A DNA stretch of 64,000 nt from Candidatus Daviesbacteria bacterium GW2011_GWA1_41_61. GTDB lineage: Bacteria; Patescibacteriota; Microgenomatia; Daviesbacterales; UBA10151. The notes beneath the pieces were generated by a model. That model did not search any database. It was not told the origin of the DNA and was given only the letters and a program-made list of their open reading frames with translations. A program made the translations under genes and the position numbers. Location: positions 177,493 through 241,492 of the forward strand of contig LCBT01000001.1 of the NCBI GenBank assembly GCA_000997385.1, read 5' to 3'. Positions 1 to 9,852 of this stretch are shown piece after piece (within the stretch, counting starts at the first letter, position 1; each line of letters opens with the position of its first letter).

Positions 1-1543
1 GATAGGCTATCTCATTGCCTTGATGGGTCAACTCCACTAAATACTCTCCCTGGCGGTTGATGCCCGACCAAACGCTGTTGGAATAATCAATGTGGGGAGA
101 AAAGTAACTCACCGGAATATTGACACTGGTTCCTTGAATAAGTCCCACCATAGATCCAGGTAGAGCATTTTGGTTCAACCACCTAACAACCTGGTAATAG
201 GCATTGCCGAAGCTATTCCCATAGTAAGGAATATTAGCCTTTTGGGCCCCCTGTAAACCACCAATAAAAATATTAAAGTAAACATTTTCATTAGGATGAA
301 GGTTGACCATCACTAAAAGATGAGGAATGAATAATAATAAAACAACCATGCCTAAAACCGATTGAGAAAGAAAATTTTTGCCCACCCAACGTTTAAACAA
401 TCGAACCAAGACTTGCGCCCCTAAACCAGACAGAAGCGCCATCGCCGGTAAAAACTCCATAATCTGCCTTACCCCTCCGTAAATTGAACTGCCAGGCAGG
501 CTAACTCTTAAGATAGGAATGATCAGCCAAATTAACCACAAAAGAGCTGTTTTTTCTTTCTCCTTTCTTAAAAAAACACCTCCTACGCCTAAAATTGTTA
601 AAAAGAGGATTATGGGCGGAGTAGTAATGGCAATCCAAGTTATAGGGAAAAGATTAAACCCTCCCCAAGTGAGATAGTGGGGCTGACCTAAACCTCCAGT
701 ACCAATCTCCTTATAATACCTAAAAATATTTAAAGTATGAGCTAAGGGATCTTGCCACAGATATGGCCAAGTAATAAAAAAAACCGCTCCAGCTATAACC
801 GGCGATATAATCAAAAGAAATAAAAAATGTCTGGGAAGTCTGACTACTGCTTTGACGGGATGCAAAATAGCCTGAGGGTATCGCCAAGCCAGCCAAAAAG
901 TCAAAATAAACGGTAAAAATAAGATATTAAATTTAGTCCCCAAGGCTAAAGCAAAAAATAATATAGCCGCCAACAACCACCGCCAGTCATACCTTTTTAA
1001 ACTATTCCAGAAGGCCCAAATTGTTCCAGCATAAAAAGCAGCTTCAGCGGGATCTTTAATATTAAAATGCGATTCGGCAAAAAATAAAGGATAAACCCCC
1101 AAAGAGATACCAGCCACTAAAGCAGCCAATAAACCATAAGATTGAGCAGCAAAAACCACCACCACCAAAACTAACAATGTTCCGCTTAAAATATTAAATA
1201 GATGATAAGATTCAATATCCCCCAAAACTGCCAATTTTTGGTAAAAAATAAAATTGGCAGTAGCAGCTAGTATGCCATTTAAGGGAGGATGACCGCTATC
1301 GTTTTTTATAAAAAATTGACCGGTAAAAGAGTTATCTTGGTAAAAGCTGCGCCGTTTAATAGGTTTCACATCTTGGTAATTTAAATCACCACTTAGAAAG
1401 TAATTTAAATAGGCCTGTCCTCTGGTAAAATGAATTGGCTCGTCCCAGGAGATCCCGTAGTGAGACAGTGTTAAAAACGAGACAATAAAGAAAAGAATCG
1501 GAATTATTAACAATCCCGAAAAATTTTTTAAAGTAATTTTCAT
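1..1543 (-). CDS. GT-C fold membrane glycosyltransferase (ArnT/PMT_2-like), partial, runs off the window start
   Basis: Missing from the ORF track; translated by hand at both ends. ATG at 1543 overlaps the methyltransferase stop (ATGA). Begins MKITLKNFSGLLIIPILFFIVSFLTLSHYGISWDEPIHF with a WDE loop motif, GHPPL and multiple TM segments. The same frame is open at positions 1-60. Confidence 0.85.
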   Translation of the reverse strand, partial: MKITLKNFSGLLIIPILFFIVSFLTLSHYGISWDEPIHFTRGQAYLNYFLSGDLNYQDVKPIKRRSFYQDNSFTGQFFIKNDSGHPPLNGILAATANFIFYQKLAVLGDIESYHLFNILSGTLLVLVVVVFAAQSYGLLAALVAGISLGVYPLFFAESHFNIKDPAEAAFYAGTIWAFWNSLKRYDWRWLLAAILFFALALGTKFNILFLPFILTFWLAWRYPQAILHPVKAVVRLPRHFLFLLIISPVIAGAVFFITWPYLWQDPLAHTLNIFRYYKEIGTGGLGQPHYLTWGGFNLFPITWIAITTPPIILFLTILGVGGVFLRKEKEKTALLWLIWLIIPILRVSLPGSSIYGGVRQIMEFLPAMALLSGLGAQVLVRLFKRWVGKNFLSQSVLGMVVLLLFIPHLLVMVNLHPNENVYFNIFIGGLQGAQKANIPYYGNSFGNAYYQVVRWLNQNALPGSMVGLIQGTSVNIPVSYFSPHIDYSNSVWSGINRQGEYLVELTHQGNEIAY

Positions 1544-2322
1544 GCCTTGATTCCACTGTAAGAGATATAAAGGGAAGGTTGAACAAACCACCCGGCTTGG
1601 CTATCAATCTTTTTAATTAACCTTAAAAAAAGACGGGCTAAATGATTGTTAACAAGAGCTGATGCTAAAATAGGAAAAAAGAATACAGTAAAGCCAGGCA
1701 AGCCTTGTCTTTTTACAACCTTTAAATCAAAACTGTGGGCTAGTTGAAAAATTCTGGATGGGCTAAAGCTAACAGCGGGAATTTCACTGTGCTTTTGACC
1801 TCTCAATTTACTAATTAATCCACCTAGGTTAAAAATATTATATCCTAAAGGGTTTCTTTCAATAATCATCAAACGTCCTCCCGGTTTTAAAACCCGGGTA
1901 ATTTCTTTCATGGCTTTTTTCTGATCTTGATCATCTGATAAATACATTAAAGTCGTCACCATAAAAATCATATTAAAGGAGTTATCTTTAAAAGGAAGCT
2001 GACGGACATCGCCTTTAAAAGCTCTACCCCTTGGAGCAAGCTGTTGGTTGTAAAGATCGACATATTTTGGGGCAATATCCACCCCAACAATCTTGATTTT
2101 AGAAAACCTGTTAAGAAGTTCCCCTGACAACCGCCCATAACCACAACCAATATCTAATACCTGAACACTTTCTTTATTTTCCACCTCACTGCTGATCTGT
2201 TCCAACATCCACTGGTGTAAATAATCATTAATGACGGATGGTACTGACTTAAGCAAAACCCCTTCTATTCTAGTACCGTATTTTTGACTTCTTTGCTCCC
2301 AAAATTTTTCCAATGTTTTCAT
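1540..2322 (-). CDS. Class I SAM-dependent methyltransferase
   Basis: Motif I VLDIGCGYG, GVDIA, GDVRQLPFKDNSF, RVLKPGG. Confidence 0.92.
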   Translation of the reverse strand: MKTLEKFWEQRSQKYGTRIEGVLLKSVPSVINDYLHQWMLEQISSEVENKESVQVLDIGCGYGRLSGELLNRFSKIKIVGVDIAPKYVDLYNQQLAPRGRAFKGDVRQLPFKDNSFNMIFMVTTLMYLSDDQDQKKAMKEITRVLKPGGRLMIIERNPLGYNIFNLGGLISKLRGQKHSEIPAVSFSPSRIFQLAHSFDLKVVKRQGLPGFTVFFFPILASALVNNHLARLFLRLIKKIDSQAGWFVQPSLYISYSGIKA

Positions 2323-2323
2323 A

Positions 2324-3244
2324 CTACTTGCTTCTTTTAAAAGAGCTGACTACATCAAATCCAAAAAGTTTAATTACTAAAAGGAACATCAAACATTCAG
2401 CCAAAAACAGGTTAAAACGGAAAGCTAAAGCTAAAAAAGAGGCCAAGGAAAAATCATAAAAAATTTTTAAAAGAAAGGCCAAGGAAAAATCACTCACTCC
2501 TAAACCTCCGGGAGCAACCGGTGTCAAAAAGCCGACAACCCAAGAGGCAGAAAGTAAACCGCTGATATCTAAAATCCGGGACAAGGGGTTATCAACAAAA
2601 GCTGAAATAAGTAAGAAAAAAGCTACCCCGTATAACAAAAAAAAGCCAACGGATAAACCAAGCAAACTTAAATGCCCTCTAAAACCATTTTTATAAATGA
2701 CTTCCGGTAGGTATTTTCCCAAGTAAGGCAATCGGGGCAATAGAGCAAAAACTTTAACTGGTTGGATAAAGACAACGACTGATAAAACAACTGCCGCTAC
2801 TGAAAACAACCATAAAGGAGGAAAAAACTTGGCCGCTATAGGTAAAGCTAAGAGACTGACTATTATCGCGCCGGCTAGATTATAGTAAGCTTCCAAAAAT
2901 ACCGTTGACAGGCCTTCCTTAACTCCTAAGCCTAAACCTTTGGAAAGATAAACCCTAACTACATAATGTAAAACTACGCCTGGGATAAACCTACCAAAGT
3001 TGGAAACAATAAAGACCCGAAAGACTTCTTTAAAAGAAGTTTGAAAAGATATTGCCTGTAAAATTTTATACCAAAAATAAGCTCCCCCCACATAAGTGCT
3101 AGCCAATACCACTAAAGAAGCCAGGAGCAGGATAAAGTTAGCTGAAGCAATCTGATTAAAAACTAAAGTCCACTTTTGGATAATAGTCCAAACTAAAAAA
3201 AACAAAATGGAGGTCGGGACTAATATTTTTAAGCCTTTTTGCAT
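2324..3244 (-). CDS. LPG-synthase TM / UPF0104 (AglD2-like) putative flippase
   Basis: Polytopic membrane protein with SNFGRFIPG and TPVAPGGLGV, typical of the family. Confidence 0.8.
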   Translation of the reverse strand: MQKGLKILVPTSILFFLVWTIIQKWTLVFNQIASANFILLLASLVVLASTYVGGAYFWYKILQAISFQTSFKEVFRVFIVSNFGRFIPGVVLHYVVRVYLSKGLGLGVKEGLSTVFLEAYYNLAGAIIVSLLALPIAAKFFPPLWLFSVAAVVLSVVVFIQPVKVFALLPRLPYLGKYLPEVIYKNGFRGHLSLLGLSVGFFLLYGVAFFLLISAFVDNPLSRILDISGLLSASWVVGFLTPVAPGGLGVSDFSLAFLLKIFYDFSLASFLALAFRFNLFLAECLMFLLVIKLFGFDVVSSFKRSK

Positions 3245-3280
3245 AAAATTACCAAGAAGACAGAAGTCTATACATTAAGA

Positions 3281-3309
3281 TTGACACGATCTGAACATAA
3301 GTATAACAT
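3281..3309 (+). promoter_or_regulatory. sigma70-type promoter TTGACA-17-TAACAT, probably leaderless to ATG 3316
   Basis: TTGACA 3281-3286, TAACAT 3304-3309, in-frame ATG after a 6-nt spacer. Confidence 0.7.
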
Positions 3310-5274
3310 ATGAAAATGCGCCAGCGCCTAAGATTGCCTTCTCTTCTGATTGACGTCCTACTACTGACACCAATACTTATTTTTAGCGCCTGGATTTATC
3401 TCATACCCCCTTTCCAAACATTTGGATATCATCCGTTATTTTCCGACGATGCCATCTTTGCTATCTTAGCCCGTAAGGTTTTAGAACTGGGACCAGTGGG
3501 GGCTTTCCATTTATCCTGGGGACCACTCCTCTCCTGGCTTATGGTTTTTTTAAACAAATTTCTCTCTATACCACTAGAGGATGGAGGAAGAGTTATTACC
3601 GGGATAGCCTTATTTTTAAGAATTATCCCCGCTTATTTTTTAGTCAAACTAATATTAAACAAAACAGCCGCTTTTATTGCCATCATCTTTGTTGCACTTT
3701 ATCCGGTAATAAAAATACCTCAAGAAGCTGCTTTGGCAGAAGGATTATATTCTCTGATTATTTTCAGCGGATTTTTATTTTCCTACCTCGCCCTTAAAAC
3801 AGAAAAAATAGTTTGGTATCTTCTGGCCGGGATTACTTGGGGAGTAGTCTATCTGGCTAGGCTGGAAGGTTGGCTCTTTTTAATACCCTTAATGTTCTTG
3901 ACCGCTTTAAAGCTTTTCTACGAGCCCAAGAAAAAATTGGTAACCATAAAATTGTTGGCAGTTTCTATTCTGGCTACTTTTACTATCTCCCTACCTTATC
4001 TCACTTTTGTCCATCAAGTTTATGGCTCTTGGAATTTAAACCCAAGGTTAAACATTATCATGACAGCGCCTGTTAGTACCTTTGTACCTTACAAGGATTA
4101 TAACGGCATTACTACTTTAGCCCAAGCTTACTTCTCCGGTGACCCTAAATATTACAAATCCAATCTTTGGCATCCCACACCCTTTCTTTTTTGGAGAGCG
4201 CTGGGACGGCATTGGTCAACACTGTCAATTACTCCTACTCTCTACTTTAAATTTTTTAAAGAGACCATTCCGCTACTAACACTATTGGGGGGATTAGGCA
4301 TAGTCTTAACTATTCTGGCTATTTTTCGCCATAAACTTCAACTAATACTTATCGGAATAAGTTTTTTTGCCTTAGGCTTCTCTTTGCTCGACTTTTCCCT
4401 AGTCTCTTTAGAATTTTTATCACCGGTAATATTTAACCCGGAAGCTACTTTTTGGCGGCTTCTTGATCAATTTTGGCGGATGCTCTCCACCAAAGGATAT
4501 TTTCCTGGGATAGCCCGGGATGTTATAGTTATTGTTTCCAGTTTGTCACTGCTGATAATTAAGAGGGGAGAAGTCAAAAAATTCGTGCAGCAGTTTTATC
4601 TGCAAAGACTGAAAATTTATCTACCATTATCTCTGTTCTTCGGCTTTCTACCCCTTTTATTTCATAACTTTGCCACTAAATATGCTGCTTGGGTTGTACC
4701 GGTGCTGGTTATCTTTGCCAGCTTCTTTATCAGCTCAGTTTGTTCCTCACTAATTAGAGTGTTGCCTAAAAAATACCCCTTCTTACCTGCCCTACCGATT
4801 GATAAAATAATTCCCCTTTTGACTGTTTTCAGTCTGTTGTGGATGATTAAGCCATTGGTTGATCAATCTTTAGACACTAAGTATAGCCAATACAAACAAA
4901 ATAATTTTTTTTACGATTTACGAAAAAAGCCTGGTTTAGTCATTTTAAAAGATCATGGACCAGGAGCTAAAATTGCTGTTTTTTATGAAGCTCCGGTGTT
5001 TTATGCTCAGGGAGAACTGTTTTACTTTATGACTGACAGCAATGTTCCACTGGAAGAAACGCTAAATTATCTCGAGGAAAATCAGGTAGATTATCTGGTC
5101 GCCGATAGGGATCAAGCCTATCTGACTCACAAACCACTACGGCCCTTAATGTTGGCAGAAACAAAATTGTCCAACTGGCAGATGATCTACTCTGATCCCC
5201 CGCCTGGCACAGACATCTTGGTAACGGATACCCATACTGATATGCTGGTGACAGTCTGGAAAAGAATAGATTAA
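3310..5274 (+). CDS. GT-C fold membrane glycosyltransferase (ArnT/PMT_2-like); start may be 3316
   Basis: SDD acidic motif after TM1, many TMs, ARLEG, soluble C-terminal domain with VDYLV. Confidence 0.8.
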   Translation: MKMRQRLRLPSLLIDVLLLTPILIFSAWIYLIPPFQTFGYHPLFSDDAIFAILARKVLELGPVGAFHLSWGPLLSWLMVFLNKFLSIPLEDGGRVITGIALFLRIIPAYFLVKLILNKTAAFIAIIFVALYPVIKIPQEAALAEGLYSLIIFSGFLFSYLALKTEKIVWYLLAGITWGVVYLARLEGWLFLIPLMFLTALKLFYEPKKKLVTIKLLAVSILATFTISLPYLTFVHQVYGSWNLNPRLNIIMTAPVSTFVPYKDYNGITTLAQAYFSGDPKYYKSNLWHPTPFLFWRALGRHWSTLSITPTLYFKFFKETIPLLTLLGGLGIVLTILAIFRHKLQLILIGISFFALGFSLLDFSLVSLEFLSPVIFNPEATFWRLLDQFWRMLSTKGYFPGIARDVIVIVSSLSLLIIKRGEVKKFVQQFYLQRLKIYLPLSLFFGFLPLLFHNFATKYAAWVVPVLVIFASFFISSVCSSLIRVLPKKYPFLPALPIDKIIPLLTVFSLLWMIKPLVDQSLDTKYSQYKQNNFFYDLRKKPGLVILKDHGPGAKIAVFYEAPVFYAQGELFYFMTDSNVPLEETLNYLEENQVDYLVADRDQAYLTHKPLRPLMLAETKLSNWQMIYSDPPPGTDILVTDTHTDMLVTVWKRID

Positions 5275-5297
5275 ATACCATGAGTGGAACTTTCTAG

Positions 5298-6320
5298 TTA
5301 TTTATCCTTAAAGCGGTTGGCCAGTAAATTAAAGATGGCTGATAAACGAAGGTCAAGCAGGCTATTATATTCAATAAAACAGGCCCAGCGGCAAGACTTG
5401 CATGGAGTCTGAGGCAAATGACGATAAGCTTCTTTAACCCCCATCTTTAAGCAGTTTTGGCCGGGTAACGATGTGGTCAATCTGGTACAAGGATATAAAT
5501 TCCCCCGGCAGTCTAAAGCTACCATCTTTTTACCGGCTAAACAACTAGGATGGCCTTCGACCTTATCGGAGGAAATATCATTTTTATGATCAGGCCAATT
5601 AGACATTAAACGATAGGTCTCCTGTGAATAAAAAATGCGGTTAGTCTTATTTTTCTTTTCCCTAATAATATCCATCAAAGCTTTTTTAGTCCTATCCTCC
5701 CAAGCCTTAGCCAATTTTAACCCCCCATCACCACGGAACCGGGGATAAAGTGGACTTATTTGAACAAGAGTTTGATATTTTTTGGCCAACTCCAAAAGTC
5801 TGGGCCACTCATTCAAATTAGCATCAGTTAAAGTACAGCAAAAATGAACTGGAATACCGGCTAAAGTTGCTGCTTCAACTGCTGCCAAAGCTTTTTTAAA
5901 TGAACCCTTTCCCCGGTATTTATCGTGGGTTTTTTCGCAGGCACCATCCAAACTTATAGAAAGGTTATTTAAAAGACGTAAAGCCTTTAGATGGTAGGGC
6001 ACTAAAATTCCATTGGAGTTAAGACCGACCTCAAAACCCAAATTTACCGCCATTTTAATTATTTTATCAATATCTTTATGCAGAAGTGGTTCCCCGCCGC
6101 TAATACCCAACCTCCTGACACCTAAATCATAAAATTCCTTAAATATTTGCTTTATTTGCTGGTAAGACAATTCTCCCTTTTCGCTGTAATATTTACCAAA
6201 GCAATAAGAGCAGCGGAGGTTACATCTCTCGGTGATAGTAAACAAAAGGATATAGGGCTTGGCAATAAACGGTAACGCCGAAAGGCCTATTTTGGGAATC
6301 TTCAACTTAAGATTATTCAT
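5298..6320 (-). CDS. Radical SAM enzyme with Twitch/SPASM-like C-terminal Cys domain
   Basis: CNLRCSYC, SGGEPLL, SLDG; C-terminal CLAG..YPC..CKSCRWAC. Confidence 0.92.
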   Translation of the reverse strand: MNNLKLKIPKIGLSALPFIAKPYILLFTITERCNLRCSYCFGKYYSEKGELSYQQIKQIFKEFYDLGVRRLGISGGEPLLHKDIDKIIKMAVNLGFEVGLNSNGILVPYHLKALRLLNNLSISLDGACEKTHDKYRGKGSFKKALAAVEAATLAGIPVHFCCTLTDANLNEWPRLLELAKKYQTLVQISPLYPRFRGDGGLKLAKAWEDRTKKALMDIIREKKNKTNRIFYSQETYRLMSNWPDHKNDISSDKVEGHPSCLAGKKMVALDCRGNLYPCTRLTTSLPGQNCLKMGVKEAYRHLPQTPCKSCRWACFIEYNSLLDLRLSAIFNLLANRFKDK

Positions 6321-7762
6321 TATTTAGTAAATCTTTTTAAAACAAAAAAACTGCTGGTAACTAAAAATTCTTTCCAACCCACTCTTACCGGTATAATCTT
6401 TCTCTTTAAGCTATAACCGTTCAAAACATCTTTTAAAAATTTTAACACTGATTTAGGGATTGGCACCTTAAGTAAGATAGGTAAATAGCTTCTGAGAAAG
6501 GGAAAAATTACAATAAAGGTAAAAAGAGAAGCAAATTTTTCAATTTTTTCTCTATCCACGACCTGAATGGGAATTCTTTCAAACCAGGATAAAAATTCTG
6601 TTTCACTAGAGATAAGGTTCATCTTTTTAGCTACTTTACCTAGCTGGGTATCTAAAAACGGTAGACAAAAAGAGACATAAGTGGCATCAACTCCGGCTTT
6701 TAAGTTAAGATCCAAAGTTTGCAGTTCATCTGCAAATGTTGATGTCGGTATCCCTACCATATTATAAGCGCTAATGGCTAAACCATATTTTTTAGTAATA
6801 TTACAAGCCTTGATGATCTGAAAGTTAGTAATATTTTTATTTAAAACTTCTTTTCTGATTCTCTCACTGCCGCACTCTACAGCCAGATGTATACTAACAC
6901 ATCCAGCTTTTTTTAAAAATTTCACAAACCTCTCATCTATAAAAACCACCGAAGTGACTATAGTAAAAGGAAGATTTATTTTCCGGGTGTATTTTTTGGT
7001 AAAGTCCGTCAACCATTGCCTATCAAAAGGAAAGACATCATCAAGAAAATAAAAAAATTTAGCATTAAAATTTCTTTTCAAATCCTCCAATTCAGCTATC
7101 ACATTATCGACAGTTCTGGTCCTGATAATTTTTCCTTTACCCTGATATAAATGATGATAGCGGTGATTAAAACAAAAAGAACAGTTAAAGGGACAACCAC
7201 GGCTGGCCATGACAATTTTGATAGGAGAATATTTAAATTGAGGAAAACTACGAGTCAGGGATCGATCTGGAAAGGGCAGACTATCCAAATCCGCCACCAA
7301 CGGACCAACGCTGTTTTTATAAACTGAGTTTGTAAACTCGCTATTTTTATTTTTTATCCACATATTAGGAACTTTATTGATACTTTGCTTCTGGTCCAGT
7401 TTATCAACCAGTTTGAGTAAGGCAATTTCCCCTTCCCCCCGGCAGATAATATCAATCCCATCCTGATTTATAATTTCCGGGTTATAAGTGGGAGTTGGGC
7501 CTCCCCAAATAATGAGGATTTTGGGAAAAGTTTTTTTCACTTGCTGGGACAAGTTTAAATAATATTTGTAATCAGTGTTCATACAGCTGATGGCAAAAAG
7601 ACCGATATTTTTTTCCTTAATACATTGACTAACTTTTTCAAAAGAGGAATCGGAAAGGAAAACTTGATGACCGGATGTTTTTAAAAAGCTGGATAGATAT
7701 AAAATGCCTAGTGGTTCCATGGCACTATAAACGTCTTTTTTAATGGCAAAAAGAATATTCAT
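6320..7762 (-). CDS. Cobalamin (B12)-binding radical SAM enzyme
   Basis: N-terminal EPLGILYLSS and WGGPTPT (B12 domain), CRGEGE, SRGCPFNCSFC, FLDD, VECGS. Confidence 0.92.
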   Translation of the reverse strand: MNILFAIKKDVYSAMEPLGILYLSSFLKTSGHQVFLSDSSFEKVSQCIKEKNIGLFAISCMNTDYKYYLNLSQQVKKTFPKILIIWGGPTPTYNPEIINQDGIDIICRGEGEIALLKLVDKLDQKQSINKVPNMWIKNKNSEFTNSVYKNSVGPLVADLDSLPFPDRSLTRSFPQFKYSPIKIVMASRGCPFNCSFCFNHRYHHLYQGKGKIIRTRTVDNVIAELEDLKRNFNAKFFYFLDDVFPFDRQWLTDFTKKYTRKINLPFTIVTSVVFIDERFVKFLKKAGCVSIHLAVECGSERIRKEVLNKNITNFQIIKACNITKKYGLAISAYNMVGIPTSTFADELQTLDLNLKAGVDATYVSFCLPFLDTQLGKVAKKMNLISSETEFLSWFERIPIQVVDREKIEKFASLFTFIVIFPFLRSYLPILLKVPIPKSVLKFLKDVLNGYSLKRKIIPVRVGWKEFLVTSSFFVLKRFTK

Positions 7763-7781
7763 AGTGCATTTTTCAAGTACA

Positions 7782-8825
7782 TTAATGACCTCTTATGGTA
7801 CTTAGTATTTGCGCAGAAATTATTTCTAAGTCAAAATTAGCAATCGAACTAAACTCGTTGAAACAAGGGAAATAGCAGGCATAACAGGGAAAATTGGCAC
7901 AATTTTCCCAGGCCTTTTTCAACCCGACTTTGCGAAAATCTAAAGCTGGAAAGATATCTATCAGTTGGACACAAGGGTAGACCCTGCCATCAGCATCGAT
8001 AAACATCATAAAACGTCCTGCCGCACAGGGAATATATTTAAACTTTGGTTTTTCCCGAAGATAAATGCGTCTTTTATGGTCCGGCCAATCAGCCACCAAC
8101 TGATAAACTTTTTGGGAAAAAAGGATCGGCGCCCCTTTTTTCTTATGCTCGATAATTCTCCTGGCTGCTTTCCTTAATTCTTTATTCTCCGCCATAAAAC
8201 GGTCCGAGTCTTTCTTACCCTCCGCTTGCTGAAAAAGAAAGTTAAATTCCGCCTGGATTCCTTTTTGTTTGGCAAATTCCACAATCCAATCAATCGCTTC
8301 AATCTTACAGCTGTGGCGGGTAATCACTGAATTGATATGGGTTTTAATACCGGCCTCTAAAGCTACATCAATACCGGTGACAATCCTTTTAAACGAGCCT
8401 TTTCCCCGGTTGGCGTCATTGATCTTTTCCGAACCGTCAATTGAGACACAAATCATATCGGCCTGTTTTAACTCTTTTATCTTCAAAGGTATCAAGGTAC
8501 CATTAGTGTTAAAACCGCACTCGATACCGTTAGCTTTAATTCTGGCAATAATTTGCCCAATATCATTTCGAGTCAAAGGTTCCCCGCCGCCCAAGGTAAT
8601 GGAACGGGTACCCATCTTACCTAATTCGTCAATTAACCCCATTAACTCTTTAGTTGTAAAATCTTTCTCTTTGCTTTGAAAATACTGTCCATAGCAATAA
8701 CCGCACTTTAAAGTACATCTGGAGGTAATATTTAAAACTACTGTCAAAGGAGTTCTGCCCCCGCTCAGTTTATCTTTGACTAGAGTTGACATGTAAGCTG
8801 CCCGATTACTAATTCCCATATTCAC
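7782..8825 (-). CDS. Radical SAM enzyme with Twitch/SPASM-like domain
   Basis: CTLKCGYC, GGGEPL, SIDG; CAAG..YPC..CYACYFPC. Confidence 0.92.
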   Translation of the reverse strand: MNMGISNRAAYMSTLVKDKLSGGRTPLTVVLNITSRCTLKCGYCYGQYFQSKEKDFTTKELMGLIDELGKMGTRSITLGGGEPLTRNDIGQIIARIKANGIECGFNTNGTLIPLKIKELKQADMICVSIDGSEKINDANRGKGSFKRIVTGIDVALEAGIKTHINSVITRHSCKIEAIDWIVEFAKQKGIQAEFNFLFQQAEGKKDSDRFMAENKELRKAARRIIEHKKKGAPILFSQKVYQLVADWPDHKRRIYLREKPKFKYIPCAAGRFMMFIDADGRVYPCVQLIDIFPALDFRKVGLKKAWENCANFPCYACYFPCFNEFSSIANFDLEIISAQILSTIRGH

Positions 8826-9849
8826 TTCTTCCTATTGCCGCCTTAATATAATTTATTAAAACCGGCAGCTTCAAATTCATCAGATGACCAAAATCATGGT
8901 GGTAAACTTGATAACAACCAGTGCATGGATGGTTGCGAGTTACTTTCCAAGCTTCAGCTACACCCACCTTTAAGACATTTTTAGCTTTGACTTTATCAAT
9001 CAAATGGGGACAAGCCCAAAACCGACCGTCAGCATCAATTAAACCAAATAACTTACCCGCCGGGCAAGGGGGCATTCCCAAAGGGGCCGGCGCATTCATC
9101 ACCCCTTCAATCTCAAAATCAGGCCATTTTAAAACACTCTCATAAGCGGTTTGAGAAAAAAGGATTGGTGCTCCTTGCTTTTTTTGGGCAATAATGTATT
9201 TTATCACCTGTCTAAACTGTTTGTCAGTGGGTTTAATCGAAATTTCAGTTTTATCCCCAAAAATGTTACTGATAGCTAAAGAAATATGTAACTTAAAATC
9301 TAATTTTCTAGCTACATTGATCATATAATCTAAATCCGCTAAATTATATTTATGCACTACCATATTAACACGCACCTGGATCCCGGCCTTTTTAGCAGCT
9401 TTTATAGCCTGAAGTGTTTTTAAAGCACTGCCTTTACCGCGCAAAATATCGTGATGATTATTTTTACCGTCTAAACTTAAGGTCAAACATTGAATATTTT
9501 TAAGCTCATTAGTCTTTTGAGGAACCAATATTCCATTAGAAGTTAAGTCAACACTTAATCCCTGTAATTTAGCATAGTTTATCAACTCTCCGATATCCGG
9601 ACGAAGAAGCGGTTCCCCCCCACAAAAGTTGATCCTTAGGCAACCTGCTTTCTTTAAGCCTCCAACAACCTTTTTGATTTGGTCAGTATTCATCTCATCT
9701 TTAGAACTTCGGGTAAAGTAGGCTGCATAACAATGTTTGCAACGGAGATTACAACGGTTGGTCACATTAAAAATAACGGTTAGGGGCGTAGCTTTTCCAG
9801 TAACTTTGAGCAAAATTAATTTTGTAAAAAACAACAAATTAAGGAACAT
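8809..9849 (-). CDS. Radical SAM enzyme with Twitch-like domain
   Basis: CNLRCKHC, CGGEPLL, SLDG; CPAG..WAC..CTGC. Confidence 0.92.
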   Translation of the reverse strand: MFLNLLFFTKLILLKVTGKATPLTVIFNVTNRCNLRCKHCYAAYFTRSSKDEMNTDQIKKVVGGLKKAGCLRINFCGGEPLLRPDIGELINYAKLQGLSVDLTSNGILVPQKTNELKNIQCLTLSLDGKNNHHDILRGKGSALKTLQAIKAAKKAGIQVRVNMVVHKYNLADLDYMINVARKLDFKLHISLAISNIFGDKTEISIKPTDKQFRQVIKYIIAQKKQGAPILFSQTAYESVLKWPDFEIEGVMNAPAPLGMPPCPAGKLFGLIDADGRFWACPHLIDKVKAKNVLKVGVAEAWKVTRNHPCTGCYQVYHHDFGHLMNLKLPVLINYIKAAIGRSEYGN

Positions 9850-9852
9850 TTT

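Noticed and set aside
7321-7340. Short palindrome GAGTTT-GT-AAACTC inside the B12-rSAM gene
   Set aside because: A 6-bp stem in AT-rich sequence is expected by chance; no second copy seen.
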